Source: Epiperipatus broadwayi (lineage: Eukaryota > Animalia > Onychophora). Taken from it: a stretch of 64,000 nt of DNA. How positions within the stretch are numbered: the first letter of the stretch is position 1; every line of letters begins with the position of its first letter. The stretch is from positions 22,444,001-22,508,000 of the forward strand of contig JAQFVV010000002.1 of assembly GCA_028023455.1 (NCBI GenBank), in the 5' to 3' direction. The position numbers were made by a program, and so were the translations under genes. The notes under the pieces are model-generated. The model ran no database searches. It was not told the DNA's origin and was given only the letters and a program-made list of their open reading frames with translations. Below, in pieces: positions 63,841 to 64,000 of the stretch.

Positions 63841-64000
63841 ATAAATTTAATTTTTAAAATTTCTTATAAATTATTGTATTATATTGTAATCAAATTGTAG
63901 GGCATACTATACTTTATTTTTGAAATAAATATTTTTTTGTATATTATGTGTATTATTAACAATATCCAACTATAAATTTACATTGAAAAAAATAAATGGT

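Overview
Very AT-rich eukaryotic DNA, probably arthropod. The + strand carries 14 internal coding exons (1761-61257, about 988 codons, all GT-AG, phases continuous, no stops) of a large cadherin. The spliced protein gives one partial, eight complete and the start of a further extracellular cadherin repeat. From recalled motifs it most resembles insect Cad88C (CDH23-like). Both gene ends lie outside the window. The introns hold decayed RTE LINEs (one 5'-inverted copy with a 10-bp TSD), three Penelope-like (PLE) GIY-YIG endonuclease remnants, short tRNA-derived SINEs and a hAT end. The main unexplained signal is about 30 minimal type I hammerhead ribozyme (HHR) motifs from at least six sequence-distinct repeat families (labelled A-E and G here), plus about 20 fold-back palindromes, many built from these elements. 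Each family keeps a self-complementary stem III with a different sequence. The family 3' of the PLE endonuclease swaps the C3-G8 core pair for A3-U8 (U3-A8 in one copy). One family couples a tRNA-like head to the ribozyme. One locus is a tandem of 117-nt rod-like units with hammerheads on both strands. Other oddities are a 1.45-kb nearly G-free tract and a consensus CTCF motif. All coordinates and folds were read by eye; no database search or folding program was run.
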